Shown in pieces: positions 1 to 8,588 of a stretch of 42,930 nt of DNA. Position 1 is the first letter of the stretch; each line of letters starts with the position of its first letter. A program made the position numbers and the translations under genes. The stretch is taken from sequence record SRR20825006_904; one strand, given 5' to 3'. Under the pieces are notes generated by a model. That model was not told the DNA's origin. It did no database searches and worked only from the letters and a program-made list of their open reading frames with translations.

Positions 1-871
1 AGCGCTCTTTAGCGACATGGGTGTAGATCTGCGTTGTTGACAGATCGGAATGACCCAGTAACAGCTGTACCACCCGCAGATCGGCACCATGATTCAGAAG
101 GTGGGTGGCAAAGGCATGCCGCAGGGTATGCGGTGAGAGCTGTTTGTAGATATGCGCTTGTCTGGCATAGCGTTTGATAAGGTACCAGAAGGCCTGCCGG
201 GTCATAGCTTTGCCGCGGCGAGTCGGAAATAAATCGTCAGTGACCTGACCATTGAGCAGACCCGGCCGGCTTTCGATCAAATAATCCTGCAACCAGTCGA
301 GCGCCACCTCTCCTACCGGTACCAGTCGTTCTTTATTGCCTTTACCGATGCAACGAATCAACCCCTGGCGGGAATTAAACTGCTCTTGTTTAAGACTGAC
401 CAGTTCAGTAACGCGCAGGCCGGTAGCATAAAGCAGTTCCAACATGGTTCGGTCACGCAGTCCAAGCACATCATTGACATCCGGCTGTGCCAGCAGATCT
501 TCGACTTCCTGCTCCGTCAGACTATCAGGCAGCGGTTTACCTAATCGTGGCGATTCAAGCTGCGCGGTCGGATCACTGTCACGAATATCTTCCCGCAGCA
601 AATAGCGATAAAAGCGTCTCATCGTGGAAAGCATGCGGGCTTCGCTGCGGACTTTTCGTCCCTCACGCATCCGCTGGCTCTGATAACGCTGAATATCCTG
701 CTGGCTAGCAGCAGCCAGATCGACATCAAACTGTGACAGCCAGGCTGCAAAGGCCAATAGATCGCGTCGGTAAGCCTCAATGGTATTGTGGCTCAGGCCT
801 GATTCAAGCCAGAGGCTGTCCAGAAAGCGCTCCAGATAACGGCTAGGCTGAGTAGATTCTTGCGTAGTCAT
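1..871 (-). CDS. xerD: Site-specific tyrosine recombinase XerD (3' end runs off the window)
   Basis: Translated by hand because it is not in the ORF track. It begins MTTQESTQPSRYLERFLDSLWLESGLSHNTIEAYRRDL and contains LLYATGLRVTELV and SPHTLRHAFATHLLNHGADLRVVQLLLGHSDLSTTQIYTHV. The position after rplS is typical for xerD. Confidence 0.95.
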   Translation of the reverse strand, partial: MTTQESTQPSRYLERFLDSLWLESGLSHNTIEAYRRDLLAFAAWLSQFDVDLAAASQQDIQRYQSQRMREGRKVRSEARMLSTMRRFYRYLLREDIRDSDPTAQLESPRLGKPLPDSLTEQEVEDLLAQPDVNDVLGLRDRTMLELLYATGLRVTELVSLKQEQFNSRQGLIRCIGKGNKERLVPVGEVALDWLQDYLIESRPGLLNGQVTDDLFPTRRGKAMTRQAFWYLIKRYARQAHIYKQLSPHTLRHAFATHLLNHGADLRVVQLLLGHSDLSTTQIYTHVAKER

Positions 872-896
872 GACCGCATTAGATTATCAGCAGGCA

Positions 897-930
897 ATAA
901 AAAAGGGCAGTGGAAAACCACTACCCTTCT
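897..930 (-). terminator. Rho-independent terminator after rplS
   Basis: Minus strand reads AAGGGTAGTGG-TTTT-CCACTGCCCTT followed by a T-run. Confidence 0.8.
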
Positions 931-960
931 CTGTAAGACTGGTTCGTTTGAACCGCTGAA

Positions 961-1305
961 TTACAATTTTTCTTTGATACGTGCTGCTTTACCAGTCAGG
1001 TCACGCAGATAGTACAGTTTAGAACGACGGACATCACCACGACGTTTGACTTCAATGCTAGCAATAGTCGGGCTGTGAGTCTGGAAGACACGCTCTACAC
1101 CGACACCGCTGGAGATTTTACGGACGGTGAAGGCAGAATGCAGACCACGGTTGCGCTTGGCAATCACGATACCTTCGAACGCCTGTTCACGCTCACGCTC
1201 GCCTTCTTTGATTTTGACTTTAACAACAACAGTATCGCCCGCTGAAAACTCAGGGACATCCTGTTTCATTTGTTCAGCGTTCAGCTGTTCGATAATGTTA
1301 CTCAT
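961..1305 (-). CDS. rplS: 50S ribosomal protein L19
   Basis: Motifs [39 protein letters not shown] and [14 protein letters not shown]. Confidence 0.99.
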   Translation of the reverse strand: MSNIIEQLNAEQMKQDVPEFSAGDTVVVKVKIKEGEREREQAFEGIVIAKRNRGLHSAFTVRKISSGVGVERVFQTHSPTIASIEVKRRGDVRRSKLYYLRDLTGKAARIKEKL

Positions 1306-1319
1306 TGTTTAACTCCCAA

Positions 1320-2063
1320 CTAATCCTGCCCGCGTTCGGCAATAAATTCTTCTAATAGCGCTTTCTGCTCGTCGGTTAACGTTTTATCGGCCAACAAGTC
1401 AGGTCGTCGCAACCATGTTCGTCCCAAGGACTGTTTCAGGCGCCATTTGCGGATCGCTTCATGGTCACCCCCCAGCAATACCCCGGGTACTGGCTGGTCA
1501 AATAACTTTTCCGGTCTGGTGTAATGCGGGCAATCCAGCAATCCTGCTACAAATGAATCCTGCTCTGCCGAGTTCTCATCGCCCAGTACACCCGGTAACA
1601 ATCTGGCGACGCCATCTATCATGACCATGGCTGCCAGTTCACCACCGCTGAGGACATAGTCACCAATCGACCACTCCTCATCAATCTGCTTTTCAATCAG
1701 GCGTTCGTCGATACCTTCATAACGCCCGGCAACCAGAATCATTTTATCTCTGCCTGCCAACTGTTTCAGCGCCTGCTGATCCAGCTTTTTGCCCTGTGGT
1801 GACAGATAAACCACTTTGGTATCGTCCCCCAGCGTTTGTTTCGCTGCCTTGATGGCTTCACTGAGCGGGGCAACTTTCATCACCATGCCCGGACCGCCGC
1901 CATAAGGTCTGTCATCCACTGTCCGATGCCGGTCGTGGGTAAAATCACGTGGATTCCAGTAACTCAGTTCCAGAATCCCTTGTGTGACTGCCCGTCCTGT
2001 CACCCCATATTCGGTGACGGCATCAAACATTGGCGGGAACAGGGATATGACACCCAGGCGCAT
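1320..2063 (-). CDS. trmD: tRNA (guanine-N1)-methyltransferase
   Basis: Motifs [33 protein letters not shown] and [10 protein letters not shown]. Start placed at ATG 2063 (MRLGVISLF), which follows GAGGGAG. Confidence 0.98.
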   Translation of the reverse strand: MRLGVISLFPPMFDAVTEYGVTGRAVTQGILELSYWNPRDFTHDRHRTVDDRPYGGGPGMVMKVAPLSEAIKAAKQTLGDDTKVVYLSPQGKKLDQQALKQLAGRDKMILVAGRYEGIDERLIEKQIDEEWSIGDYVLSGGELAAMVMIDGVARLLPGVLGDENSAEQDSFVAGLLDCPHYTRPEKLFDQPVPGVLLGGDHEAIRKWRLKQSLGRTWLRRPDLLADKTLTDEQKALLEEFIAERGQD

Positions 2064-2076
2064 AGACCTTGCTCCC

Positions 2077-2589
2077 TCAATAATCTTTGTCCCAGTCCAC
2101 CCGGATAAGCTTGTTATCCAAATCAACCAGTTTGACGATTTCATCCATTACAAACGGAATCAATCGCTCTTTACCTTTTGCCTTCACCACCAGCACGTCA
2201 TTGGCACCGGTTTCCAGCAAATGGTCAACTTGACCCAGCAACTCACCGTCGAGGTTTTCGACGTTCAGGCCAAACAAGTCAGCCCAGTAAAACTCATCCT
2301 CGCTGGTCGGCTCCAGCTGGTCTTTCTTAATCGCCAGCTCAGCACCTATCAGCGGTTGAACCTGATCGCGGTCGGTCACATTGGTGATGCCCATCACCAG
2401 ACCTTTACCCTGGCTGTGTCCACCGGACACTTTGATTTCAACCCACTCTCCCTGTCGTGACAGGAACAGCGGTGAATATTCCAGGATGTTGGTGCGTGGC
2501 TCGGTAAAGGAATAGACCTTGACCCAACCTTTGACACCGAAAGCGCCGGATATTTTACCTACCGGGATAAACTCCTCGGACGCTGCCAT
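2077..2589 (-). CDS. rimM: Ribosome maturation factor RimM
   Basis: Motifs [35 protein letters not shown] and ERLIPFV; located in the rpsP-rimM-trmD-rplS operon. Confidence 0.98.
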   Translation of the reverse strand: MAASEEFIPVGKISGAFGVKGWVKVYSFTEPRTNILEYSPLFLSRQGEWVEIKVSGGHSQGKGLVMGITNVTDRDQVQPLIGAELAIKKDQLEPTSEDEFYWADLFGLNVENLDGELLGQVDHLLETGANDVLVVKAKGKERLIPFVMDEIVKLVDLDNKLIRVDWDKDY

Positions 2590-2607
2590 ACCCGCACCCT
2601 TTATATA

Positions 2608-2859
2608 TTAAGCGGCTGCTTTTTGTGCTTCTTCAATCAGCTTGGCAACGCGCTCAGACGTTTGTGCACCCTGGCTAATCCAATGGGCAGCGCGGTCCAG
2701 ATCAACGCGCAGTTTCTCTTCCTGACCACGTGCGATCGGGTTGAAGAAACCAATGCGTTCGATGTAACGACCATCACGCGCGTTGCGTGAGTCGGTGACG
2801 ACGATACCGTAGAAAGGACGCTTCTTGGCGCCGCTGCGAGTCAATCTAATTGTTACCAT
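2608..2859 (-). CDS. rpsP: 30S ribosomal protein S16
   Basis: [41 protein letters not shown]. Confidence 0.99.
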   Translation of the reverse strand: MVTIRLTRSGAKKRPFYGIVVTDSRNARDGRYIERIGFFNPIARGQEEKLRVDLDRAAHWISQGAQTSERVAKLIEEAQKAAA

Positions 2860-2902
2860 AATTCTTTATGCCCGTTGAGAAACTGGATCGGAAAACCGTC
2901 GT

Positions 2903-2930
2903 ATTTTACGCAAGTCTCCCTAGTTTGCAA
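2903..2930 (-). promoter_or_regulatory. Putative sigma70 promoter of the rpsP operon
   Basis: Minus strand TTGCAA-16 bp-TAAAAT, ending about 43 nt upstream of the rpsP start. Confidence 0.5.
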
Positions 2931-2971
2931 AGTGTTAGTTTACTAATTGTAATGGATGATCAGCAGATTGC

Positions 2972-4351
2972 CTAAAACGGCATACCTCCGCCGCCCATTC
3001 CGCCCATGGGAAATTTGCCGCCCATGCCGCGCATGAGTTTCGCCATTCCACCTTTTGAGCCCATTTTCTTCATCATTTTCTGCATCTGTGCAAATTGCTT
3101 AAGCAGACGATTGACGTCCTGGATCTGGGTGCCGCTACCGGCAGCGATACGTTTTTTTCGTGAACCTTTAATAATGTCAGGACGGCGACGTTCTTTGGGG
3201 GTCATCGAGTTGATGATGGCTTCCAGCTTACCCATCTCCTTGTCATTGACCTGATTCTTTGCCGCATCGGGAATGTTGGCCATTCCGGGCATTTTATCGA
3301 GCATGGAGCCGATACCACCCATTTTGCCCATCTGCCGCAGCTGCTCGCGGAAATCCTCCAGGTCGAAACCCTTGCCTTTTTTCAGCTTCTTGGCCAGTTT
3401 TTCGGCCGAGTCGACATCCATTTTGCGCTGGGCATCTTCCACCAGCGACAACACATCACCCATGCCCAGGATACGGGATACTACACGGTCAGGATGGAAG
3501 GGTTCCAGTGCCGCAGTTTTCTCACCCACGCCCATAAACTTGATGGGTTTACCCGTGATGTGGCGGATAGACAGGGCTGCACCGCCTCTGGCATCACCGT
3601 CAGCCTTGGTTAGAATAACGCCGGTCAGCGGTAAGGCATCATTAAACGCCTTAGCTGTGTTGGCGGCATCCTGGCCAGTCATGCTGTCAACCGTGAACAG
3701 GGTTTCAATCGGATTGATGGCCGCATGGATCTGTTTGATTTCGGTCATCATGTCATCATCGATGTGCAAACGACCGGCAGTATCGATAATCACGACATCG
3801 ACATAATCTCTTTTTGCCTGCTCAATCGCATTTCTGGCGATATCGACCGGGTTCTCACTGGTTTTACTGGGGAAGAACTTGGCCTCTACTTCCGTTGCCA
3901 GTGTCTGCAACTGGTCAATCGCCGCCGGACGATAAACGTCGGTGCTGGCCACCATCACTGATTTGCGATCCCGCTCTTTGAGCCAGCGAGCCAGCTTGGC
4001 CACACTGGTAGTCTTACCGGCCCCCTGCAGACCGGCCATCAGAATCACAGCAGGCGGCTGAGTATTAAGATTAAGTCCGGGGCTGGCCTCGCCCATGACC
4101 GCAACCAGTTCGTCATTAACGATTTTGACCAGGGCCTGCCCCGGTGTCAGGCTGCGCATGACATCCTGTCCCATCGCCCGCTCCTTGACGCGACCGATAA
4201 ACTCGCGCACGACCGGCAATGCAACATCGGCCTCAAGCAAGGCCATTCGTACTTCACGCAGCGTGTCTTTTACATTGTCTTCAGTGATACGGCCCTGGCC
4301 GCGGAGTGACTTGAGCGTACTCCCCAGCCTTTCACTTAAACTGTCAAACAT
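2972..4351 (-). CDS. ffh: Signal recognition particle protein Ffh
   Basis: Motifs GLQGAGKTT, DTAGR and TKADGDARGGAALS, plus a Met-rich M domain with RIAAGSG. Confidence 0.99.
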   Translation of the reverse strand: MFDSLSERLGSTLKSLRGQGRITEDNVKDTLREVRMALLEADVALPVVREFIGRVKERAMGQDVMRSLTPGQALVKIVNDELVAVMGEASPGLNLNTQPPAVILMAGLQGAGKTTSVAKLARWLKERDRKSVMVASTDVYRPAAIDQLQTLATEVEAKFFPSKTSENPVDIARNAIEQAKRDYVDVVIIDTAGRLHIDDDMMTEIKQIHAAINPIETLFTVDSMTGQDAANTAKAFNDALPLTGVILTKADGDARGGAALSIRHITGKPIKFMGVGEKTAALEPFHPDRVVSRILGMGDVLSLVEDAQRKMDVDSAEKLAKKLKKGKGFDLEDFREQLRQMGKMGGIGSMLDKMPGMANIPDAAKNQVNDKEMGKLEAIINSMTPKERRRPDIIKGSRKKRIAAGSGTQIQDVNRLLKQFAQMQKMMKKMGSKGGMAKLMRGMGGKFPMGGMGGGGMPF

Positions 4352-4491
4352 AGATCACCTTGATGGCTGGCGGCTGTCGCCAGTGTTTAAAGCTTCAAAA
4401 CCATAGTATAACTGATATATTGTTTCACACAGGATGACATCGTTTATCATTAACGTTTGAGATAATAAATCCTCCAAGGATCGAATGAAAT

Positions 4492-5289
4492 ATGGCCATT
4501 GCCAACGCTCTCGCCTTCCTGCTGTATTTAAGCAGTAGTGCAATTCTTATCCGGCGCTTCGTACAGAAGAGCCAGTCAGCGGTTAAACCCGGTGTTCCGG
4601 TCGGCATTCTGATCATAATGGCGCTGCTGTTTCATGCTGCCGATATTTTCTTCACCATGCGCGCAGCGGGTGGCTGGGATCTGGGTCTGTTTTCGACATT
4701 CTCAGTGGCGACCTGGCTGATGGCATTGATCACACTGGCTGTGGGCAGCCGAATGCCTGATTCACATCCCGGTATTATTGTTTATCCGCTGGTCGCCCTC
4801 AGTCTGATGCTGCGGGTGGAATTGCCCTCCCCTGAACCACCGTCATTATCTGATCCGGCACTGGAATGGCATATATTGCTGTCTCTGGCCGCCTACAGCC
4901 TGTTTATGCTGGCTGCGATTCAGTCGATTGTTCTGGCCATTCAGGAAAAACAGCTGCGCCGGCACCATGTTGCCGGGATTGTCCGCAAGCTGCCGCCGTT
5001 GCAAACGATGGAAAAAGGCCTGTTTCAGCTTATCATCACCGGTTTTTCTCTACTCACTATCGGCCTGATAACCGGTTTCATGTTCGTTGATGATCTGCTG
5101 GCCCAACATCTGCTGCATAAAACCGTCTTGTCAATCACAGCCTGGTGTGTGTTTGCGGCATTATTATGGGGCCGCTTCCGATATGGCTGGCGAGGCAAAA
5201 CTGCTGTTAAATGGACCTTGAGTGGTTTTGGCTTTTTGTTACTGGCGTATATGGGCAGCAAATTCGTACTTGAATATCTGGTGAACTGA
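4492..5289 (+). CDS. ypjD: Cytochrome c assembly family (CcsA-like) inner membrane protein YpjD
   Basis: Multi-TM protein with WHILLSLAAYS, LPPLQTME, HKTVLS and GWRG motifs; divergent from ffh, which is a conserved arrangement. Confidence 0.9.
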   Translation: MAIANALAFLLYLSSSAILIRRFVQKSQSAVKPGVPVGILIIMALLFHAADIFFTMRAAGGWDLGLFSTFSVATWLMALITLAVGSRMPDSHPGIIVYPLVALSLMLRVELPSPEPPSLSDPALEWHILLSLAAYSLFMLAAIQSIVLAIQEKQLRRHHVAGIVRKLPPLQTMEKGLFQLIITGFSLLTIGLITGFMFVDDLLAQHLLHKTVLSITAWCVFAALLWGRFRYGWRGKTAVKWTLSGFGFLLLAYMGSKFVLEYLVN

Positions 5290-5296
5290 CACACTC

Positions 5297-6577
5297 ATGC
5301 TTGAAGAGACTTCCTTACTGGTCCTGTTTGTAATTCTGTTTTTCCTGCTGCTTCTGTCAGCCTTTTTCTCCAGCTCAGAAACAGCACTGATGTCATTGAA
5401 CCGTTACCGGCTCCGGCATCTGGAGCAGGAAGGGCACCGTGGCGCAATGATTGCGTCTCAGTTATTGAGCCGCCCTGATCGACTGATTGGCCTGATTCTG
5501 CTCGGTAATAATTTCGTTAATATCCTGGCCTCAGCGATTGCCACCGTAATCGGAATCAAATTACTGGGCGAGAACGGCATTGTAGTGGCGACATTTGCAC
5601 TGACTCTGATCATCCTGCTGTTTGCCGAGGTCACACCGAAAACCCTGGCTGCACTGCATCCCGAGCGTGTCGCCTTCCCTGCCAGCTTTGTACTGAAACC
5701 TTTGCTGTTTATTCTTTACCCGCTGGTCTGGTTCACCAACAGCATTACCAACCGGATGGTTCGCCTGTTCGGCGTTTCGCCTGAGGACGCTGCAACCACT
5801 GCCATCAACGTAGAAGAGTTGCGGGTTGCACTGATTGAAGCCGGCAGCATGATCCCCAAGCGTCACAAGGATATGCTGATGAGTATCCTCGATCTGGAAA
5901 AAGTCACCGTCAATGATGTGATGGTACCCCGCAATGAAATTGAAGGGCTGGATATCAATGCTCCGTTTCCGGAGATCATTAAACAGCTGTCACACTGCGG
6001 TTATACACGTTTACCGGTGTATGAAGACACGATGGATAATAACGTCGGTATTCTGCATTTGCGCAAAGCCTTGCATCTGCTGACTCAGGATAATCTGACG
6101 CCGGAGACCCTGCGGGCCATCATCAAAGACGCCTATTTTGTGCCGGAAGGCACACCACTTAATACTCAACTGATTAACTTCCAGCGTAACCGTCGTCGCA
6201 CGGGTCTGGTTGTTGATGAGTACGGCGATCTGCTGGGATTGATTACCCTCGAAGATATATTCCGCGAAATTGTCGGCGAGTTCACGGCTGACACGATTGA
6301 TGAGGACAAGGAAATTCACCCGCAGGAAGACGGCAGTTATCTGATTAACGGTACCGCAACAATCCGCGAGATTAACCGCAGTAATAACTGGGAATTGCCT
6401 ACCGATGGGCCCAAAACCATTAACGGTCTGGTGCTGGAACATCTGGAAAGCATTCCCGATCCCGGTGTCAGTATCCGCTGGGGAGATTATGTCATCGAAG
6501 TGGTTCAGACTGCCGACAATGCGATAAAGACCCTGCGTATCAGACAGATTGAGGAAGAAATCGAGGAGGATGCCTGA
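5297..6577 (+). CDS. yfjD: HlyC/CorC (CNNM) family transporter: DUF21, CBS pair and CorC domains
   Basis: Motifs SAFFSSSETAL, LIGLILLGNNFVNI, AEVTPKT, VMVPRNEI and VVDEYGDLLGLITLEDI; follows ypjD. Confidence 0.92.
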   Translation: MLEETSLLVLFVILFFLLLLSAFFSSSETALMSLNRYRLRHLEQEGHRGAMIASQLLSRPDRLIGLILLGNNFVNILASAIATVIGIKLLGENGIVVATFALTLIILLFAEVTPKTLAALHPERVAFPASFVLKPLLFILYPLVWFTNSITNRMVRLFGVSPEDAATTAINVEELRVALIEAGSMIPKRHKDMLMSILDLEKVTVNDVMVPRNEIEGLDINAPFPEIIKQLSHCGYTRLPVYEDTMDNNVGILHLRKALHLLTQDNLTPETLRAIIKDAYFVPEGTPLNTQLINFQRNRRRTGLVVDEYGDLLGLITLEDIFREIVGEFTADTIDEDKEIHPQEDGSYLINGTATIREINRSNNWELPTDGPKTINGLVLEHLESIPDPGVSIRWGDYVIEVVQTADNAIKTLRIRQIEEEIEEDA

Positions 6578-6579
6578 CT

Positions 6580-8520
6580 TTGTCCACGCTGCGTCTCAAG
6601 TTGGCAGGACTGAACGGCATAGACAAAAACTCGCTGCGTTCGATGCTGAGATTATCAGCCGATTTACTGACGGCTGAATGGATCCTGGTAGAAGAAGGCC
6701 ACGCCGATCTTGAAATCTATGCTTTCGACACTGATAGCGGCCAGCAAGCCTGGCAAAACCGCAGTGGTGGTTTGACTGCCCTGCTGACTAACACCGGCAA
6801 TGTCACCGAGCCGGTGGACATCGTACTTAGAAAACCACTGCGCAAATCTAATTTTTCGGAAGCGCTGAATCTGGTGGAAGAAAAAATCCGTCTGCAAAAC
6901 ACATCGCAGGTGGAAACGGAAACAGCTCAAGCCCAGAGCCAAAAACATACAACAGGCTGGACAGATAAACTCCTGAACAACCTCAAGCTGCGCCGAAAAC
7001 CCGCCGCACATCTGCCTTCACTCGAGTTCCAACTACCGGATGACACCACACATACCGGGATCGACACCATCAAGGACCCATCCCTGCTGGAAGCCTGGAT
7101 CAATCAGTTACCCAAAGATGCCAATCAACGGGCCTCAACTTTGCTTAAAAATATCGTGCCGCTGTGTAGCCTCAAGTTAAAGCCGCTGCTGATGATTCAG
7201 TTGTTGGAAATTTATCGCACAGCGATCCATGAACTGTTGTTCACCCGCGATATCTCAGCTGTCAAACGAGATCTTTATGTCACAACTGAAAACCTGCGCG
7301 CCATCCGCAGCGTCAGTGAACTGATTGCCAAGCTGGGGATCGCTTACCAGCAACTCGCCCGCCCGTTTTATGAGCAAGGGGCGACACCTGACAATCACAA
7401 TATGCTGCTGTTCTGTCTCAACCGGAGTGCTGAACAGCAGGCCCTGCTCGTCCTGCATGCGTTTCAGTACTATCGTAAACCACCATCCCATGTCTGGCGC
7501 TGGCTGCATCAGCAGTATCTTTACCAGGAACAGGCCGGCACGCTGCATTTGAGCGTCAGTTTGAAAGAACAATATCAAAGCTGCAGCTTCCACGATATCT
7601 ACACTCAAATCATACTGACCGCGCTGGCAGACCCCTACAGCCTCGCCCGCTTTGATGTGTTCCGCCTGTTTAACCTGATGACAGCGTTCACGGATAAGGT
7701 TGAAACCGGCATGCTCAGTGATAAGCTGATCAATACCACCAGTAACTTCATGCTGACAGGCCATTTCTGTATTGATGCAGACAGTGACCAAATGCCGCAA
7801 GCCATGGTCAAAATGCCGCCGGCAGTGCGTCAACGTCCCACTACCCGTTTGCTGAACACACAACCGGCGCTGCTCTATATCGAAAATCTATTCAAAGATG
7901 CCAAGTCACGGCCACACGCCTCGCTGGACACAGAACTGAGACTGCTGAAAAAAATTATTCCCCAGCTCAACACAACCCATGAAAGACGCTATCACCGGCT
8001 TGACTCGGGTAAACATCGCAGTGTCCAGATTGTGCATGGCATCAACGCCATACACCAGAGTCTGTCTGGCAATCTGACCAATTCACTGACCTGGCATTTA
8101 GCCAATCAGGGTAGTGGCGGCATCATGGCCAAGCGGCAGACCACGGACTGCTATCACCTCAATATCGGTGACTTTGTCGGTATTTTTGAACAATACCTTG
8201 CTGTCAAACTGGCCAGCGTCAGATGGCTTTTTGTCGATATGGAAGGAGAAACCGTGGTCGGGCTCGAACTTATCGAGGGTAAACCTGTCCCGGTATTTTG
8301 TACCCCTGATGGTGAAGCGGAGCAGCACCCTGCGCTGATTTTGCCGAATGATAAACCGCAGGAACCGGCTTCCATGATCACGGAAAAAGGTCTTTATTCA
8401 CCCAAACGACGTCTCAGGGTGAAAGACGTCGGTGAGCCGTATGTCATTGTGGCAAGTGGTATGATTGATAGTACGCTGGATTACGAGCTGTTCAACTTCA
8501 CCGTCAAGCAAGGTTCATAA
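6580..8520 (+). CDS. FimW-like putative c-di-GMP receptor (atypical PilZ) with an N-terminal extension
   Basis: 646 aa with a TTG start. Helical core (WRWLHQQY, LADPYSL), RxxxR (RRYHR, 7984-7998) and WHLANQGSGG resembling the PilZ (D/N)xSxxG motif, followed by a beta-rich VRWL...VGLELI region. The family call comes from recalled similarity only. Confidence 0.6.
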   Translation: MSTLRLKLAGLNGIDKNSLRSMLRLSADLLTAEWILVEEGHADLEIYAFDTDSGQQAWQNRSGGLTALLTNTGNVTEPVDIVLRKPLRKSNFSEALNLVEEKIRLQNTSQVETETAQAQSQKHTTGWTDKLLNNLKLRRKPAAHLPSLEFQLPDDTTHTGIDTIKDPSLLEAWINQLPKDANQRASTLLKNIVPLCSLKLKPLLMIQLLEIYRTAIHELLFTRDISAVKRDLYVTTENLRAIRSVSELIAKLGIAYQQLARPFYEQGATPDNHNMLLFCLNRSAEQQALLVLHAFQYYRKPPSHVWRWLHQQYLYQEQAGTLHLSVSLKEQYQSCSFHDIYTQIILTALADPYSLARFDVFRLFNLMTAFTDKVETGMLSDKLINTTSNFMLTGHFCIDADSDQMPQAMVKMPPAVRQRPTTRLLNTQPALLYIENLFKDAKSRPHASLDTELRLLKKIIPQLNTTHERRYHRLDSGKHRSVQIVHGINAIHQSLSGNLTNSLTWHLANQGSGGIMAKRQTTDCYHLNIGDFVGIFEQYLAVKLASVRWLFVDMEGETVVGLELIEGKPVPVFCTPDGEAEQHPALILPNDKPQEPASMITEKGLYSPKRRLRVKDVGEPYVIVASGMIDSTLDYELFNFTVKQGS

Positions 8521-8588
8521 AACCGCCATCATGGCCTATCATGGTGGGGTACTGCAGGATTTCTCTTCACAAACGGAATATATTGACT

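Noticed and set aside
1-871. Tyrosine recombinase as a prophage or island integrase
   Set aside because: The sequence and position after rplS match chromosomal XerD, and there are no att sites or cargo genes.
2064-2144. Extended N-termini in the ORF track (trmD; also asmA, cpxP, msrB, dodecin, deaD, def)
   Set aside because: These extensions overlap upstream genes or lack an SD; downstream ATGs match the family N-termini.
2975-3065. Gly/Met-rich repeats at the Ffh C-terminus
   Set aside because: A normal feature of the Ffh M-domain tail.
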